This document shows positions 7,392-15,852 of a DNA stretch of 16,747 nt, piece after piece. A model generated the notes under the pieces. That model saw only the letters and a list, made by a program, of their open reading frames with translations, was not told the DNA's origin and searched no databases. Location of the stretch: positions 1-16,747 of the forward strand of contig JBEULP010000023.1 in NCBI GenBank assembly GCA_041287245.1, read 5' to 3'. Both the position numbers and the translations under genes were made by a program. Within the stretch, counting starts at the first letter, position 1. Each line of letters begins with the position of its first letter. The stretch comes from Infirmifilum sp. Lineage in GTDB: Archaea; Thermoproteota; Thermoprotei; Thermofilales; Thermofilaceae.

Positions 7392-7450
7392 GTGGATGAT
7401 GAGAGTCATGCACACGCGATAGATGAGCTATATCCTGGGGTATCTGACAC
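7392..7450 (+). ncRNA. Box C/D methylation-guide sRNA
   Basis: Terminal stem GTG...CAC, box C ATGATGA (7396-7402), guide GAGTCATGCACAC, D' GCGA (7416-7419), C' AGATGA (7421-7426), guide GCTATATCCTGGGGTAT, box D CTGA (7444-7447). It is 59 nt long and has its own promoter. Confidence 0.75.
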
Positions 7451-7561
7451 GCACGTCACCAAGTGTGATGTGAAGGCCCTTTAAACGCCATAAAATCATA
7501 ACGGAACCCTTCGTATCACGCGGAAAACGGAAGTTCAAAGATGCTCATTCTCGTGCCTAGT

Positions 7562-7660
7562 GGGATTGGTTTGATGAGCCGGGGGCTTAAAACCTCTGCT
7601 TGTGAAGCAGTGATTGTGAAAAGCAACTCTCACAGACATGCCTCGGAGTTGCGAGTGCCC
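7562..7660 (+). ncRNA. Candidate structured small RNA (C-box-like motif plus hairpins)
   Basis: The ends GGGATT...AGTGCCC can pair. It contains TTGATGA (7571-7577), hairpin CTGCTT-GTG-AAGCAG and hairpin GCAACTC...GAGTTGC. Upstream GGAAAACGGAAGTTCAAAG resembles the promoter of the first sRNA. Strand is not certain. Confidence 0.3.
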
Positions 7661-7704
7661 GTCTTTAGAAATGGTTTTTAAGTGTAGGCGTTTTCTACGA
7701 CCTA

Positions 7705-10374
7705 GTGTCAGCGTCTCTGGGAAACCTGGTCTATGCTGAGAGGGAGTACTCCAAGGAGGAGGTATTAAGGGTACTTAACCCTATAGTCGCGGAGTGGTTT
7801 GACTCGAGGTTCCCGGACCTAACTCCTCCGCAGAGGCTTGCATTGATACCTATCCACGAGGGTAAAAACGTGCTGGTCTCCAGCCCCACCGGCACTGGAA
7901 AAACCTTAACCGCTTTCCTCATAGCGATAAGCGAGCTGATAGAGCTGGGGCTGAGGGGGGAGCTGGGCGATAATGTTTACGTAGTATACGTATCTCCGCT
8001 GCGCGCGCTTAACAACGACATCTACAGGAACCTCGAGGAGCCACTTAGGGAGATCCGGGAGCTCGCAGCGAGGAAGGGGGTTGAGTTGCCGGAGATAAGG
8101 CATGTGGTGAGAACGGGGGACACTACGACCACGCAGCGTCAAAACATGCTTAGAAAACCCCCGCATATTCTGATAACAACGCCGGAGACCCTGGCGATAA
8201 TACTTGTGGCTCCGAAGTTCCGTGAGAAGCTCAGGAACGTCAGGTGGGTTATAGTCGACGAGGTTCACAGCCTAGCGGAGAGCAAGAGAGGTTCTCACCT
8301 ATCACTGTCTCTCGAGAGACTGAGAGAGCTGACTGGTAGGGACTTTGTGAGGATAGGGCTCTCCGCCACTATAAACCCCCTCGAAGATGTCGCACAGTAC
8401 CTAGTAGGCTATAACGACGACGGGACACCCCGGGAGTGTGTTATCGTCGACGCGCGCTACGCCAAGAGGAAAAGCCTGAGTGTTGTTACCCCCGTGTCTG
8501 ACCTCATCCACACCACGAGCCAAGAGGTAACACAGAGGATGTACGAGCTGTTATACGATATTATCAAGAGACATCGTACAACGCTCATTTTCACAAATAC
8601 TCGCAGCGGCACCGAGCGGGTTGTCTTCCACCTTAAGATGCTCGCCCGGAAGAGGGGCGACATGCCTGAGGATGCAATCGCAGCCCACCACAGCTCCCTA
8701 TCTAGGGGTGTACGCCTAGACGTTGAGGAGAGGCTCAAGCGCGGCGAGCTGAGGGCTATTGTTAGCAGCACAAGCCTCGAGCTAGGCATAGATATAGGCT
8801 ACATCGACGTCGTCGTCCAGATAGGGTCGCCTAAGTCTGTAACAAGGTGTCTTCAGAGGATAGGTCGTAGCGGTCACAGGCTTCACGAGACAAGCAAGGG
8901 CGTGATGGTCTGTGTCGACCGTGACGACCTGGTAGAAGTAGCCATTATGATACGCGAGGCTTACCGGCACCACCTCGACAGGATTCACATTCCGCGAAAC
9001 CCGCTTGATGTGCTTGCACAGCACATTGTCGGTATGGCGCTGGAGAACAAGATGAAGGTCGATGATGCCTACAGGATTGTGAGGAGGAGCTTTAGCTTCC
9101 ATGAGCTAGCTTACGAGGACTTTGTAAACGTTATAAAGTATCTTTCAGGAGGGTATAGCGAGCTGGAAGGCTACAAGGTATACGGGAAGGTCTGGTTTGA
9201 CCCGCAGGAGGGTGTTTTCGGCAGGCGTGGGAAGTACGCCCGGGTAATATACTCGCTCAACATTGGTACTATCCCGGACGAGGTCAGCATAAGAGTCTAC
9301 ACGACAGAGAGGAAGTACGTTGGGAATATTGAGGAGGAGTTCCTTGAGAGGCTGTATCCTGGCGACAGGTTCGTCTTAGGCGGAAAGGTATACGAGTTCG
9401 TGAAGAGCGAGGGCGCCGTCGCCTTTGTCAGGCCGGCTTTCGAACAGAAGCCGACTATACCAGCCTGGTTTAGTGAGATGCTCCCCCTGAGCTACGACCT
9501 AGCCTTGAAGATAGCGGAGTTTAGAGGACAAATGTTCAGGTGGCTGGAGTCTGGGAAAAATCGTGAAGAAATAGTGAAGTACTTGAAGCGTGAGTGCCGC
9601 GTAGACTCGAATTCCGCGGAGGCGATACTGGGATACTTCCTAGAGATGTATTATTTCCTGAAGAGTCTAGGTATAGAAGACTACCCGAGCGACAAGGTTA
9701 TCCTTGTCGAGAAGTGGGTTGACGAGCAGGGAAGACTACACCATGTGTTCCACACTCTATTTGGGAGGAGAACCAACGACGCCCTCAGCCATGCTTTGGG
9801 CTACCTTGCCTCGAAGACGACGGGTTCAAACATAGGAATAGCGCTACACGACAACGGGTTCGCCTTGATATACCCTAGAGGGGTGGAGCCGCGTGTAACG
9901 CTACGAGACGTGAAGCCCGACGAGCTCGAGGAAATCCTTGAGAAGGCGCTGATCAACACAGAGCTTATGCGGAGAAGATTCAGACACGTAGCCGCGCGGG
10001 GCCTTATGATCCTAAGGAACTATAAGGGACATGAGATTAGCGTGGAGAGACAGCAGTTGAACGCAACCACGTTATTGAAGGTTGTTAAAAGGTGGAGCGA
10101 CTTCCCCTTGTTAAAGGAGACATATCGAGAGATACTTGAGGACTACATGGATATCCACCATGCCCGTGAGGTACTTGCCAGAATACAGGATGGGTCGTTA
10201 AGAATAGTGGAGACCCCGCTGCTAGACACGCCGAGCCCCTTCGCCTATAATATTGTCCTCGAGGGGCTGAGTGACATAGTTCTAATGGAGGACAAGCGCG
10301 CTCTTATCGAACGCTTCCACGAGCAGGTTATGAGGAGAGTGTCGCAGCTCCTAAAGCTTGAGGAGAAGAGCTGA
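7705..10374 (+). CDS. lhr: Lhr family ATP-dependent SF2 helicase (archaeal Lhr-core)
   Basis: 889 aa: SPTGTGKT, YVSPLRALNND, TTPETL, DEVH, 'KRGSHLSLSLERL', GLSAT, HHSSLS, SLELGIDIG, QRIGRSGH, 'LDVLAQH', 'NIGTIPD', 'FRHVA', 'PSPFA'. TTTTTAAG TATA box at 7675-7682. Confidence 0.93.
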   Translation: MSASLGNLVYAEREYSKEEVLRVLNPIVAEWFDSRFPDLTPPQRLALIPIHEGKNVLVSSPTGTGKTLTAFLIAISELIELGLRGELGDNVYVVYVSPLRALNNDIYRNLEEPLREIRELAARKGVELPEIRHVVRTGDTTTTQRQNMLRKPPHILITTPETLAIILVAPKFREKLRNVRWVIVDEVHSLAESKRGSHLSLSLERLRELTGRDFVRIGLSATINPLEDVAQYLVGYNDDGTPRECVIVDARYAKRKSLSVVTPVSDLIHTTSQEVTQRMYELLYDIIKRHRTTLIFTNTRSGTERVVFHLKMLARKRGDMPEDAIAAHHSSLSRGVRLDVEERLKRGELRAIVSSTSLELGIDIGYIDVVVQIGSPKSVTRCLQRIGRSGHRLHETSKGVMVCVDRDDLVEVAIMIREAYRHHLDRIHIPRNPLDVLAQHIVGMALENKMKVDDAYRIVRRSFSFHELAYEDFVNVIKYLSGGYSELEGYKVYGKVWFDPQEGVFGRRGKYARVIYSLNIGTIPDEVSIRVYTTERKYVGNIEEEFLERLYPGDRFVLGGKVYEFVKSEGAVAFVRPAFEQKPTIPAWFSEMLPLSYDLALKIAEFRGQMFRWLESGKNREEIVKYLKRECRVDSNSAEAILGYFLEMYYFLKSLGIEDYPSDKVILVEKWVDEQGRLHHVFHTLFGRRTNDALSHALGYLASKTTGSNIGIALHDNGFALIYPRGVEPRVTLRDVKPDELEEILEKALINTELMRRRFRHVAARGLMILRNYKGHEISVERQQLNATTLLKVVKRWSDFPLLKETYREILEDYMDIHHAREVLARIQDGSLRIVETPLLDTPSPFAYNIVLEGLSDIVLMEDKRALIERFHEQVMRRVSQLLKLEEKS

Positions 10375-10788
10375 GCTTGACCTGAACTTTTTCCAGTCAA
10401 CCCTATAACCGTACATTCGTTCTAGTCCCTTAAGAAGCCTTTCAAGCTCCAGGATGCCTTTAGCTAGCTCCTCCCTCCTCTGAGCGAATTCCCTGGCTAA
10501 AGGACAGTCCTCGTCAAGCACCACGCCTCTGTCCTCGTCGAAGACCAGTGGGTATAGCCTGCAGCCCAAGGGTCTGTGCTCATATATACGGCAATGTCCG
10601 TTTGCCTCATCATAGAACACGCAGCGCCCGTCTACATTTTTCAACCTTAGAAAACCTCCTCTGCGCTCAGCCACTGCGTCAAGGTTTAAGCCCAGGCTTT
10701 TGAGTCGCTGGACGTCTTCCTCGAGTAAGATCATCTCGGTGTTTATGCAACACTTGCCGCATTTCAAGCAGTAGGGGCTCTCGAACAT
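10351..10788 (-). CDS. YkgJ/UPF0153 family cysteine-cluster (CxxCxxCC, Fe-S or Zn) protein
   Basis: 'CLKCGKCC', 'CVFYD...CRIYEHRPLGCRLYP', 'DEDCP'. Its 3' end overlaps the lhr 3' end by 24 nt. Confidence 0.88.
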   Translation of the reverse strand: MFESPYCLKCGKCCINTEMILLEEDVQRLKSLGLNLDAVAERRGGFLRLKNVDGRCVFYDEANGHCRIYEHRPLGCRLYPLVFDEDRGVVLDEDCPLAREFAQRREELAKGILELERLLKGLERMYGYRVDWKKFRSSSALLLKL

Positions 10789-10836
10789 TTAACGTCCCAA
10801 GTAAAGTTTTAATCCTTCACAGTATTTTTAAGTCAC

Positions 10837-11094
10837 GTGACCCTGTCTATATTTTTGATTGTTTTAGGCTTTTTGATGGTTATTCTAGGCTTCATTATCC
10901 TCCTCTTGTTAGCGTTCCCGAGGCATGGTTCCTCGCAAGGCGAGGTGAGGGGTGGGGGTGTCTTAATAGTCGGGCCCTTACCTTTAGTTTTCGCGTCTGA
11001 CAGGGCCATAGCTAGAGAGTTACTACTCCTAGCGTTAATGCTTACAGCTGTGACACTTCTCCTATTCGTTGTCCTAGCCGGGTGGCGGCTGTGA
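10837..11094 (+). CDS. DUF131 (TIGR00304) membrane protein
   Basis: TM helix, then 'EVRGGGVLIVGPLPLVFASD', then TM helix. TTTTAAT TATA box at 10807-10813. Confidence 0.85.
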   Translation: MTLSIFLIVLGFLMVILGFIILLLLAFPRHGSSQGEVRGGGVLIVGPLPLVFASDRAIARELLLLALMLTAVTLLLFVVLAGWRL

Positions 11095-11366
11095 GGAGGG
11101 AGGATATAGGTTTGTCTCTTGTTCTACTAGGCTTCCTAGTTATAGTCGTTGGAGCGCTTCTGGCAGTAGTGGAGCACGGTGAGACAGGAGGTTCGGTGGG
11201 TGGTTGCGTCTTAATCGGCCCGGTTCCGATCTGCTTCGGTTATGGGGAGGTAGGGGGGTTCTTGATGCTTGCTAGTGCTGCGGTTATGCTTGTGTTGATG
11301 CTTTGCTACGTAATCTTGTATGTTCTAACAAGGCGCTACGAGAGAGGTGTCGAGAACTCACTATAA
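11082..11366 (+). CDS. Second DUF131-like membrane protein
   Basis: TM helix, then 'GGCVLIGPVPICFG', then TM helix. Overlaps the stop of the first paralog. Confidence 0.8.
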   Translation: MAAVRREDIGLSLVLLGFLVIVVGALLAVVEHGETGGSVGGCVLIGPVPICFGYGEVGGFLMLASAAVMLVLMLCYVILYVLTRRYERGVENSL

Positions 11367-11418
11367 GCTTGCACTTCTTTTAGTTAAATGTCGATTTGTA
11401 TTAAGCCTTCCGTTAAAC

Positions 11419-11437
11419 ATTAATACGAGGTATTAAT
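11419..11437. promoter_or_regulatory. Palindromic operator candidate over the promoter of the HTH-CBS regulator
   Basis: Perfect inverted repeat ATTAATAC-gag-GTATTAAT at -35 to -17 from ATG 11454. Confidence 0.5.
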
Positions 11438-11453
11438 AAATATCCTCCAACAT

Positions 11454-12347
11454 ATGGCGATGCCTGAAAGCCTCTACGAGCTACTTGTAACCATAGTCCA
11501 GCTATACGAGTCGAGCAGACGACCCGTGACCAGCACCCAGATAGCGGAACACCTCGGTAAAAGCGACGGCACAGTCCGGAACACCATTTCCGCGTTGAAG
11601 GCGATGGGGTTAGTCGAGGCACGGACAGGTCCAAACGGGGGTTATATCCCAACTGTGAAGGGTTTGGAAAGCGTTAAGTCCCCTCAGCTTATGGAGCGCT
11701 TCTGGGAGCCGATACCCGTGGTTATTAACGGTATGCTCAGCAAGATTTACGCGCTAGAGCTAGACCTTGTCGGCATAACAGACCCCACGGGGGTGAAGGC
11801 GGTGCTTAGGGTAGCTGGCAGCATGCACCAGCTCAGGGAGAACACGAACATCAGGCTTGGGCCTACTCCCAGGACGCGCCTGGTTATAGCTGGTAAGACG
11901 ACAAATGTGGACTTTAAAAGGAGAGAGGTACTCCTATCGGTAGAATCTCTGGTAGCAATACCCAGGATAACGGCTGTAGAGGTTATGACCCCTAACCCTC
12001 TCGTAGTCAGTGAGGACGAGCCTCTCTCGAGCGTTGCCGAGCTATTAATAGCTCAGGGTATCAGGGCTCTCCCGGTTGTCGACTCACAGGGCAAACTCCG
12101 GGGACTCGTGACGGCTTCCCACGTAGCTGAGGCCTATGCCAGTGGGGACTACTCGGCGAGGGTGGGGAAGTATATGGACAAGGAGTTCGTATCTATAAAG
12201 CCTGAAACAGATATACTGGACATTATGAGGATCCTGGCTAGGAAGAGCACTGGAAGAGCGATAGTGGTTGACGCGGAGGACAAGCCCCTAGGGATTGTTA
12301 CAAGGACAGACGTACTTAACAAGCTTGTAAGCTTCACCCTAGCTTAA
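11454..12347 (+). CDS. Transcriptional regulator: N-terminal winged HTH (HrcA-like), central DUF293-like region, C-terminal CBS pair (COG2524-like)
   Basis: 'RPVTSTQIAEHLGKSDGTVRNTISALKAMGLVEARTGPNGGYIPT', 'IRLGPTP', and CBS repeats 'VMTPNP...ALPVVD...GLVT' and 'YMDKEF...IVVD...GIVTRTDVL'. Confidence 0.88.
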   Translation: MAMPESLYELLVTIVQLYESSRRPVTSTQIAEHLGKSDGTVRNTISALKAMGLVEARTGPNGGYIPTVKGLESVKSPQLMERFWEPIPVVINGMLSKIYALELDLVGITDPTGVKAVLRVAGSMHQLRENTNIRLGPTPRTRLVIAGKTTNVDFKRREVLLSVESLVAIPRITAVEVMTPNPLVVSEDEPLSSVAELLIAQGIRALPVVDSQGKLRGLVTASHVAEAYASGDYSARVGKYMDKEFVSIKPETDILDIMRILARKSTGRAIVVDAEDKPLGIVTRTDVLNKLVSFTLA

Positions 12348-12370
12348 AAAACAATAAATTTGGGAAGATT

Positions 12371-14290
12371 TTAAACCGTTTTCCCAACAATGGCACGCAG
12401 CTCCTCTATAGCCGCGGGATCCTCAATTGTCGAGATATCCCCCAGCTGTGACTCACCCTTGACTATGCCCTTTATAACTCTACGCATTATCTTCCCGCTC
12501 CTCGTCTTCGGAAGCCTCTTTACGAAGAAAATCCCCGCAGGCCTTGCGATCGGACCTATACTCTCCGATATATACTCCATGAGCTCCTCCTCCAACTTCA
12601 CCGTAGGGGAGAAACCTTCGCGGAGCACGACGAAGGCCACGGGAACCTCACCTTTAATCGGGTCAGGCTTGCCTATAACAGCCGCCTCGGCGACAGCTGG
12701 GTGGGATACGAGTGCGCTCTCAATCTCCATCGTGCTTATCCTATGAGCCGCGACCTTCAACACCTCATCGGCTCTCCCTAGAATCCAGAAGTAACCGTCC
12801 TCGTCCTGCATCGCGTAGTCCCCCGGATAGTAGCATCCTGGGAACCTGCTCCAGTACGTCTCTATGTACCTCTTAGGGTCGCCCCAGACGCCCAGCAGCA
12901 TCCCAGGCCATGGCTTCTTTATTACGAGTAGACCCTGCTGGTTGGGTGGAGCTTTTGTTCCATCCTCGTTTAAAACTTCTGCCTCAACCCCGGGTAGTGG
13001 TAGCGTGGCGCTGCCAGCCTTTAACGGTATCGAGTCTACCCCTATGGCAGGAGCTATCATGAAACCGCCTGTTTCGGTCTGCCACCAGGTGTCAATTATC
13101 GGGCACCGCTCATGCCCCACGACCTTGAAGTACCACTCCCAAGCCTCGGGGTTTATCGGCTCGCCAACGCTTCCCAGAACCCGAAGCGAGGATAGGTCGT
13201 GGGTCTTGACCCAATAGTCTCCATACCTCATGAACATTCTAATAGCAGTCGGTGACGTGTAGAAGACTGTGACACCATGCTTCTCGATTATGCTCCAGGT
13301 TCTGTCCGGCTGGGGATAATCTGGGGCCCCCTCATACATAACTGTGGTGAGCCCGTGAACTAAGGGGCCGTAGACGACGTAGCTGTGCCCCGTGATCCAG
13401 CCTATGTCGGCTGTGCACCACCATATGTCCTCGTCGTTAGGGTTAAACGTCCACTTGAGTGTCCAGTATACCCATGTGAGGTATCCTCCGGTGGAGTGAT
13501 AGATGCCTTTAGGCGAGCCGGTTGTCCCTGAGGTGTAGAGGATGAAAAGAGGGTGGTTAGAGTCGAGCTTCTCAGGCTCGACATAGGTGTTCCTACTTAT
13601 GCCCTCCATGAGCGAGTGTAGCCAGAAGTCCCTCCCGTCTACCATGTTAACATCCACCCCCGCGCGTCTCACCACTATCACGTTCTCCACCGAAAAGGTC
13701 TGCTCGAGGGCCTTGTCCGCTATTTCTTTGAGCGGGACGACCTTTCCACGTCTAAACCCGCCGTCGGCTGTGACTAGGAGCCTTGCCTGGGAGTCGTTTA
13801 TCCTCTTAGCAAGGGAGTCACTACTGAAGCCGGAGAACACGACTGTGTGTACAACGCCTATCCTGGCTGCGGCAAGCATGAATATTGGGAGCTCTGGAAT
13901 CATGGGCAGGTACAGGGCTATCCTGTCACCTGCTTTTAACCCAAAGTTTTTGAGGAGGGCGGCGGCGCGGTTAACCTCTATGTAGAGGTCCCTATAAGTG
14001 TACTTTCTAACTTCGCCGTCCTCGCCCTCCCATATCAGGGCAACCTTGTTCTTCCTCCAGTTCTTCACGTGTTGATCCAGCGCGTTGTAGCTTGCGTTTA
14101 TCTTGCCACCTACAAACCACCGATAGAAGGGTTTTTGCGAGTCGTCTAGAACCTTATCCCAAAGCCGGAACCATTGTAGCGCCCTCGCATGCTCGTCCCA
14201 GAACTCCTCGGGGTTTTCAAGCGATTTTCTCCGCAGCTCTTCGAGCCTTGTTGTAAGCAGTTTCTTCTGCTCTACGGGCAAAACACCCAT
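12371..14290 (-). CDS. acs: AMP-forming acetyl-CoA synthetase (acetate--CoA ligase)
   Basis: YTSGTTGSPKG, 'WCTADIGWITGHSY', 'GSVGEPINPEAW', 'DTWWQTETGG', 'GRADEV', 'PKTRSGKIMRR'. The start is taken as ATG 14290 (MGVLPVE). The track start at 14359 runs through AT-rich promoter-like DNA. Confidence 0.95.
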   Translation of the reverse strand: MGVLPVEQKKLLTTRLEELRRKSLENPEEFWDEHARALQWFRLWDKVLDDSQKPFYRWFVGGKINASYNALDQHVKNWRKNKVALIWEGEDGEVRKYTYRDLYIEVNRAAALLKNFGLKAGDRIALYLPMIPELPIFMLAAARIGVVHTVVFSGFSSDSLAKRINDSQARLLVTADGGFRRGKVVPLKEIADKALEQTFSVENVIVVRRAGVDVNMVDGRDFWLHSLMEGISRNTYVEPEKLDSNHPLFILYTSGTTGSPKGIYHSTGGYLTWVYWTLKWTFNPNDEDIWWCTADIGWITGHSYVVYGPLVHGLTTVMYEGAPDYPQPDRTWSIIEKHGVTVFYTSPTAIRMFMRYGDYWVKTHDLSSLRVLGSVGEPINPEAWEWYFKVVGHERCPIIDTWWQTETGGFMIAPAIGVDSIPLKAGSATLPLPGVEAEVLNEDGTKAPPNQQGLLVIKKPWPGMLLGVWGDPKRYIETYWSRFPGCYYPGDYAMQDEDGYFWILGRADEVLKVAAHRISTMEIESALVSHPAVAEAAVIGKPDPIKGEVPVAFVVLREGFSPTVKLEEELMEYISESIGPIARPAGIFFVKRLPKTRSGKIMRRVIKGIVKGESQLGDISTIEDPAAIEELRAIVGKTV

Positions 14291-14327
14291 CGTTGATCGA
14301 TTAAAGCCTCTAATACAACTGTCTAAG

Positions 14328-14353
14328 TAGATTTCTAGTAATCTATCATGATA
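14328..14353. promoter_or_regulatory. Operator-like palindromes upstream of acs
   Basis: TAGATTTCTAGTAATCTA (14328-14345, 16/18 self-complementary) overlapping TATCATGATA (14344-14353, perfect palindrome). Confidence 0.45.
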
Positions 14354-14542
14354 ATACATGACAGTTCACAGGAAACGCCGTCTTAAACTCCATTTTCCGA
14401 TTATGCTTAGAGTATTGAGGGTTAGGCGTAACAGGGCTATAATGGAGTATGTAAATGTGGATTATGTTGCGGGGGTCTGATCCTGAATTTTATTCGAAAA
14501 TATCCTGGAAAGGCTTTTATGAATCTACTTTTCGAATCCTAT

Positions 14543-15820
14543 ATGCAGCCGGCAGAACTTGTTGACCCTGAGGAAGCTTTAAGAAATTTTTCTAAGGAAG
14601 ACATCAGATACGTAAGCATTATTTTCCAGGATCTTGAAGGGTGGCTACGTGAGAGGCTGATAAGGGCAAACAAGCTGAAAAGCCTATGCGAGGAGACCCG
14701 TGTAGACGGCTACTCCATCGGTTTTATGCCCGTGGAGGACTCAGACCTCATACTCAAGCCTGACCCTTCAACGGCTCGCCTCTTAGAGTCGCCCATTGGG
14801 AAAACATTAGTCATGGTGGGAGACCTCTACTATGAGTCAAGGCCTCTCCCTCACTACCCGCGGCACATCCTCCGCGAGGCGCTCCGTGGCGCTCACTCCG
14901 AGGCACGCGTAGGGCTGGAAGTCGAGTTTTACCTTACAACGGAGGGCAAGCCTGTGGACAGAGGCTACTACTGGTCCCCTATTTTGCTCCAGGACGTGGT
15001 CGGCGAGGTTGTTTTAACCCTCGAGAAGGCTGGAGTAGAAGTGCGCTCCGTACATCACGAGGTGGGACCCGGGCAGTATGAGGTTCTCCCTGGACCGATG
15101 CCACCGCTTGCCGCCGCAGATACCATCCTAATAATGAAGAAGGTTATCCACTCCATCGCCCATAAAAACGGCTACAACGCCACCTTCATGCCCAAGCCTT
15201 TCGCAGGGCTCCCAGGCAGCGGGCTGCACCTCCACCTCAGCCTTCACCGGGATGGGAAGAACATCTTGTTTGAGGATGGCGCTGTTACCGAGGATGGCCA
15301 GGCCTTTATAGCTGGGCTACTCGCAAACGCAAGGAACTCGGCGCTGCTGACGAATCCCACCGTAAACTCCTACAAGAGGCTGACCCCAGGGTATGAGGCC
15401 CCGGTTCTCATCGCCTGGGGTGTCGGGAACAGGTCAGTCCTCGTTAGGGTTCCCAGGGGAAGCAAAGGGTTTGCAGGGACGGTTGAATACAGGCTCCCCG
15501 ACTCCTCCGGGAACGTCTACCTGGCCATAACTGCGGCTGTCCTAGCCGGGCTCCAAGGCGTCCGAGAAAGACTAAAACCCCCACCACCCTGCAACGCTAA
15601 CGCCTACAACCTTAAAGGCCTCGAAGCTATTCCCCGAACCCTTGGAGAGGCGGTGGAGCACGCGTCAAACCTAAATCTGTTTGAAGGCGAGGCCAGAAAA
15701 ACGATCCAGATGCTAGCCAACCTAAAGCTCAAGGAGTGGGAAGACTACCTCAAAGCCACAAAAGGGCAAGATTCAGCAGGGATCACCCAGTGGGAAATAG
15801 AAAAATACTTTGAAAGATAA
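14543..15820 (+). CDS. glnA: Glutamine synthetase type I (GlnA family)
   Basis: 'VDGYSI..VEDSDLILKPD', 'GLEVEFY', 'HHEVGPGQYE', 'ATFMPKP..G.GSGLHLHLSL', 'NPTVNSYKRLTPGYEAP', 'NRSVLVRVP', 'VEYRLPD'. GAAAGG-CTTTTAT promoter at 14508-14520 favours a leaderless ATG 14543 over 14519. Confidence 0.9.
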   Translation: MQPAELVDPEEALRNFSKEDIRYVSIIFQDLEGWLRERLIRANKLKSLCEETRVDGYSIGFMPVEDSDLILKPDPSTARLLESPIGKTLVMVGDLYYESRPLPHYPRHILREALRGAHSEARVGLEVEFYLTTEGKPVDRGYYWSPILLQDVVGEVVLTLEKAGVEVRSVHHEVGPGQYEVLPGPMPPLAAADTILIMKKVIHSIAHKNGYNATFMPKPFAGLPGSGLHLHLSLHRDGKNILFEDGAVTEDGQAFIAGLLANARNSALLTNPTVNSYKRLTPGYEAPVLIAWGVGNRSVLVRVPRGSKGFAGTVEYRLPDSSGNVYLAITAAVLAGLQGVRERLKPPPPCNANAYNLKGLEAIPRTLGEAVEHASNLNLFEGEARKTIQMLANLKLKEWEDYLKATKGQDSAGITQWEIEKYFER

Positions 15821-15852
15821 CCTCTATTTAACCCACTCCTCTAAATCTGGAA

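Noticed and set aside
7325..7535. GGAAAACG repeats as ORB elements / replication origin
   Set aside because: There is no full TCCA..GGAAAC dyad, no G-string and no cdc6/whiP gene nearby. Their position before TATA-like boxes fits BRE better.
12390..13985. Series of long plus-strand ORFs opposite acs
   Set aside because: Antisense shadow frames with no motifs or promoters.
14519..15820. GlnA-like gamma-glutamyl-amine ligase instead of true GS
   Set aside because: The ammonium-site Asp (DGYS) and the Glu flap (GYEAP) are retained, which favours a real glutamine synthetase.
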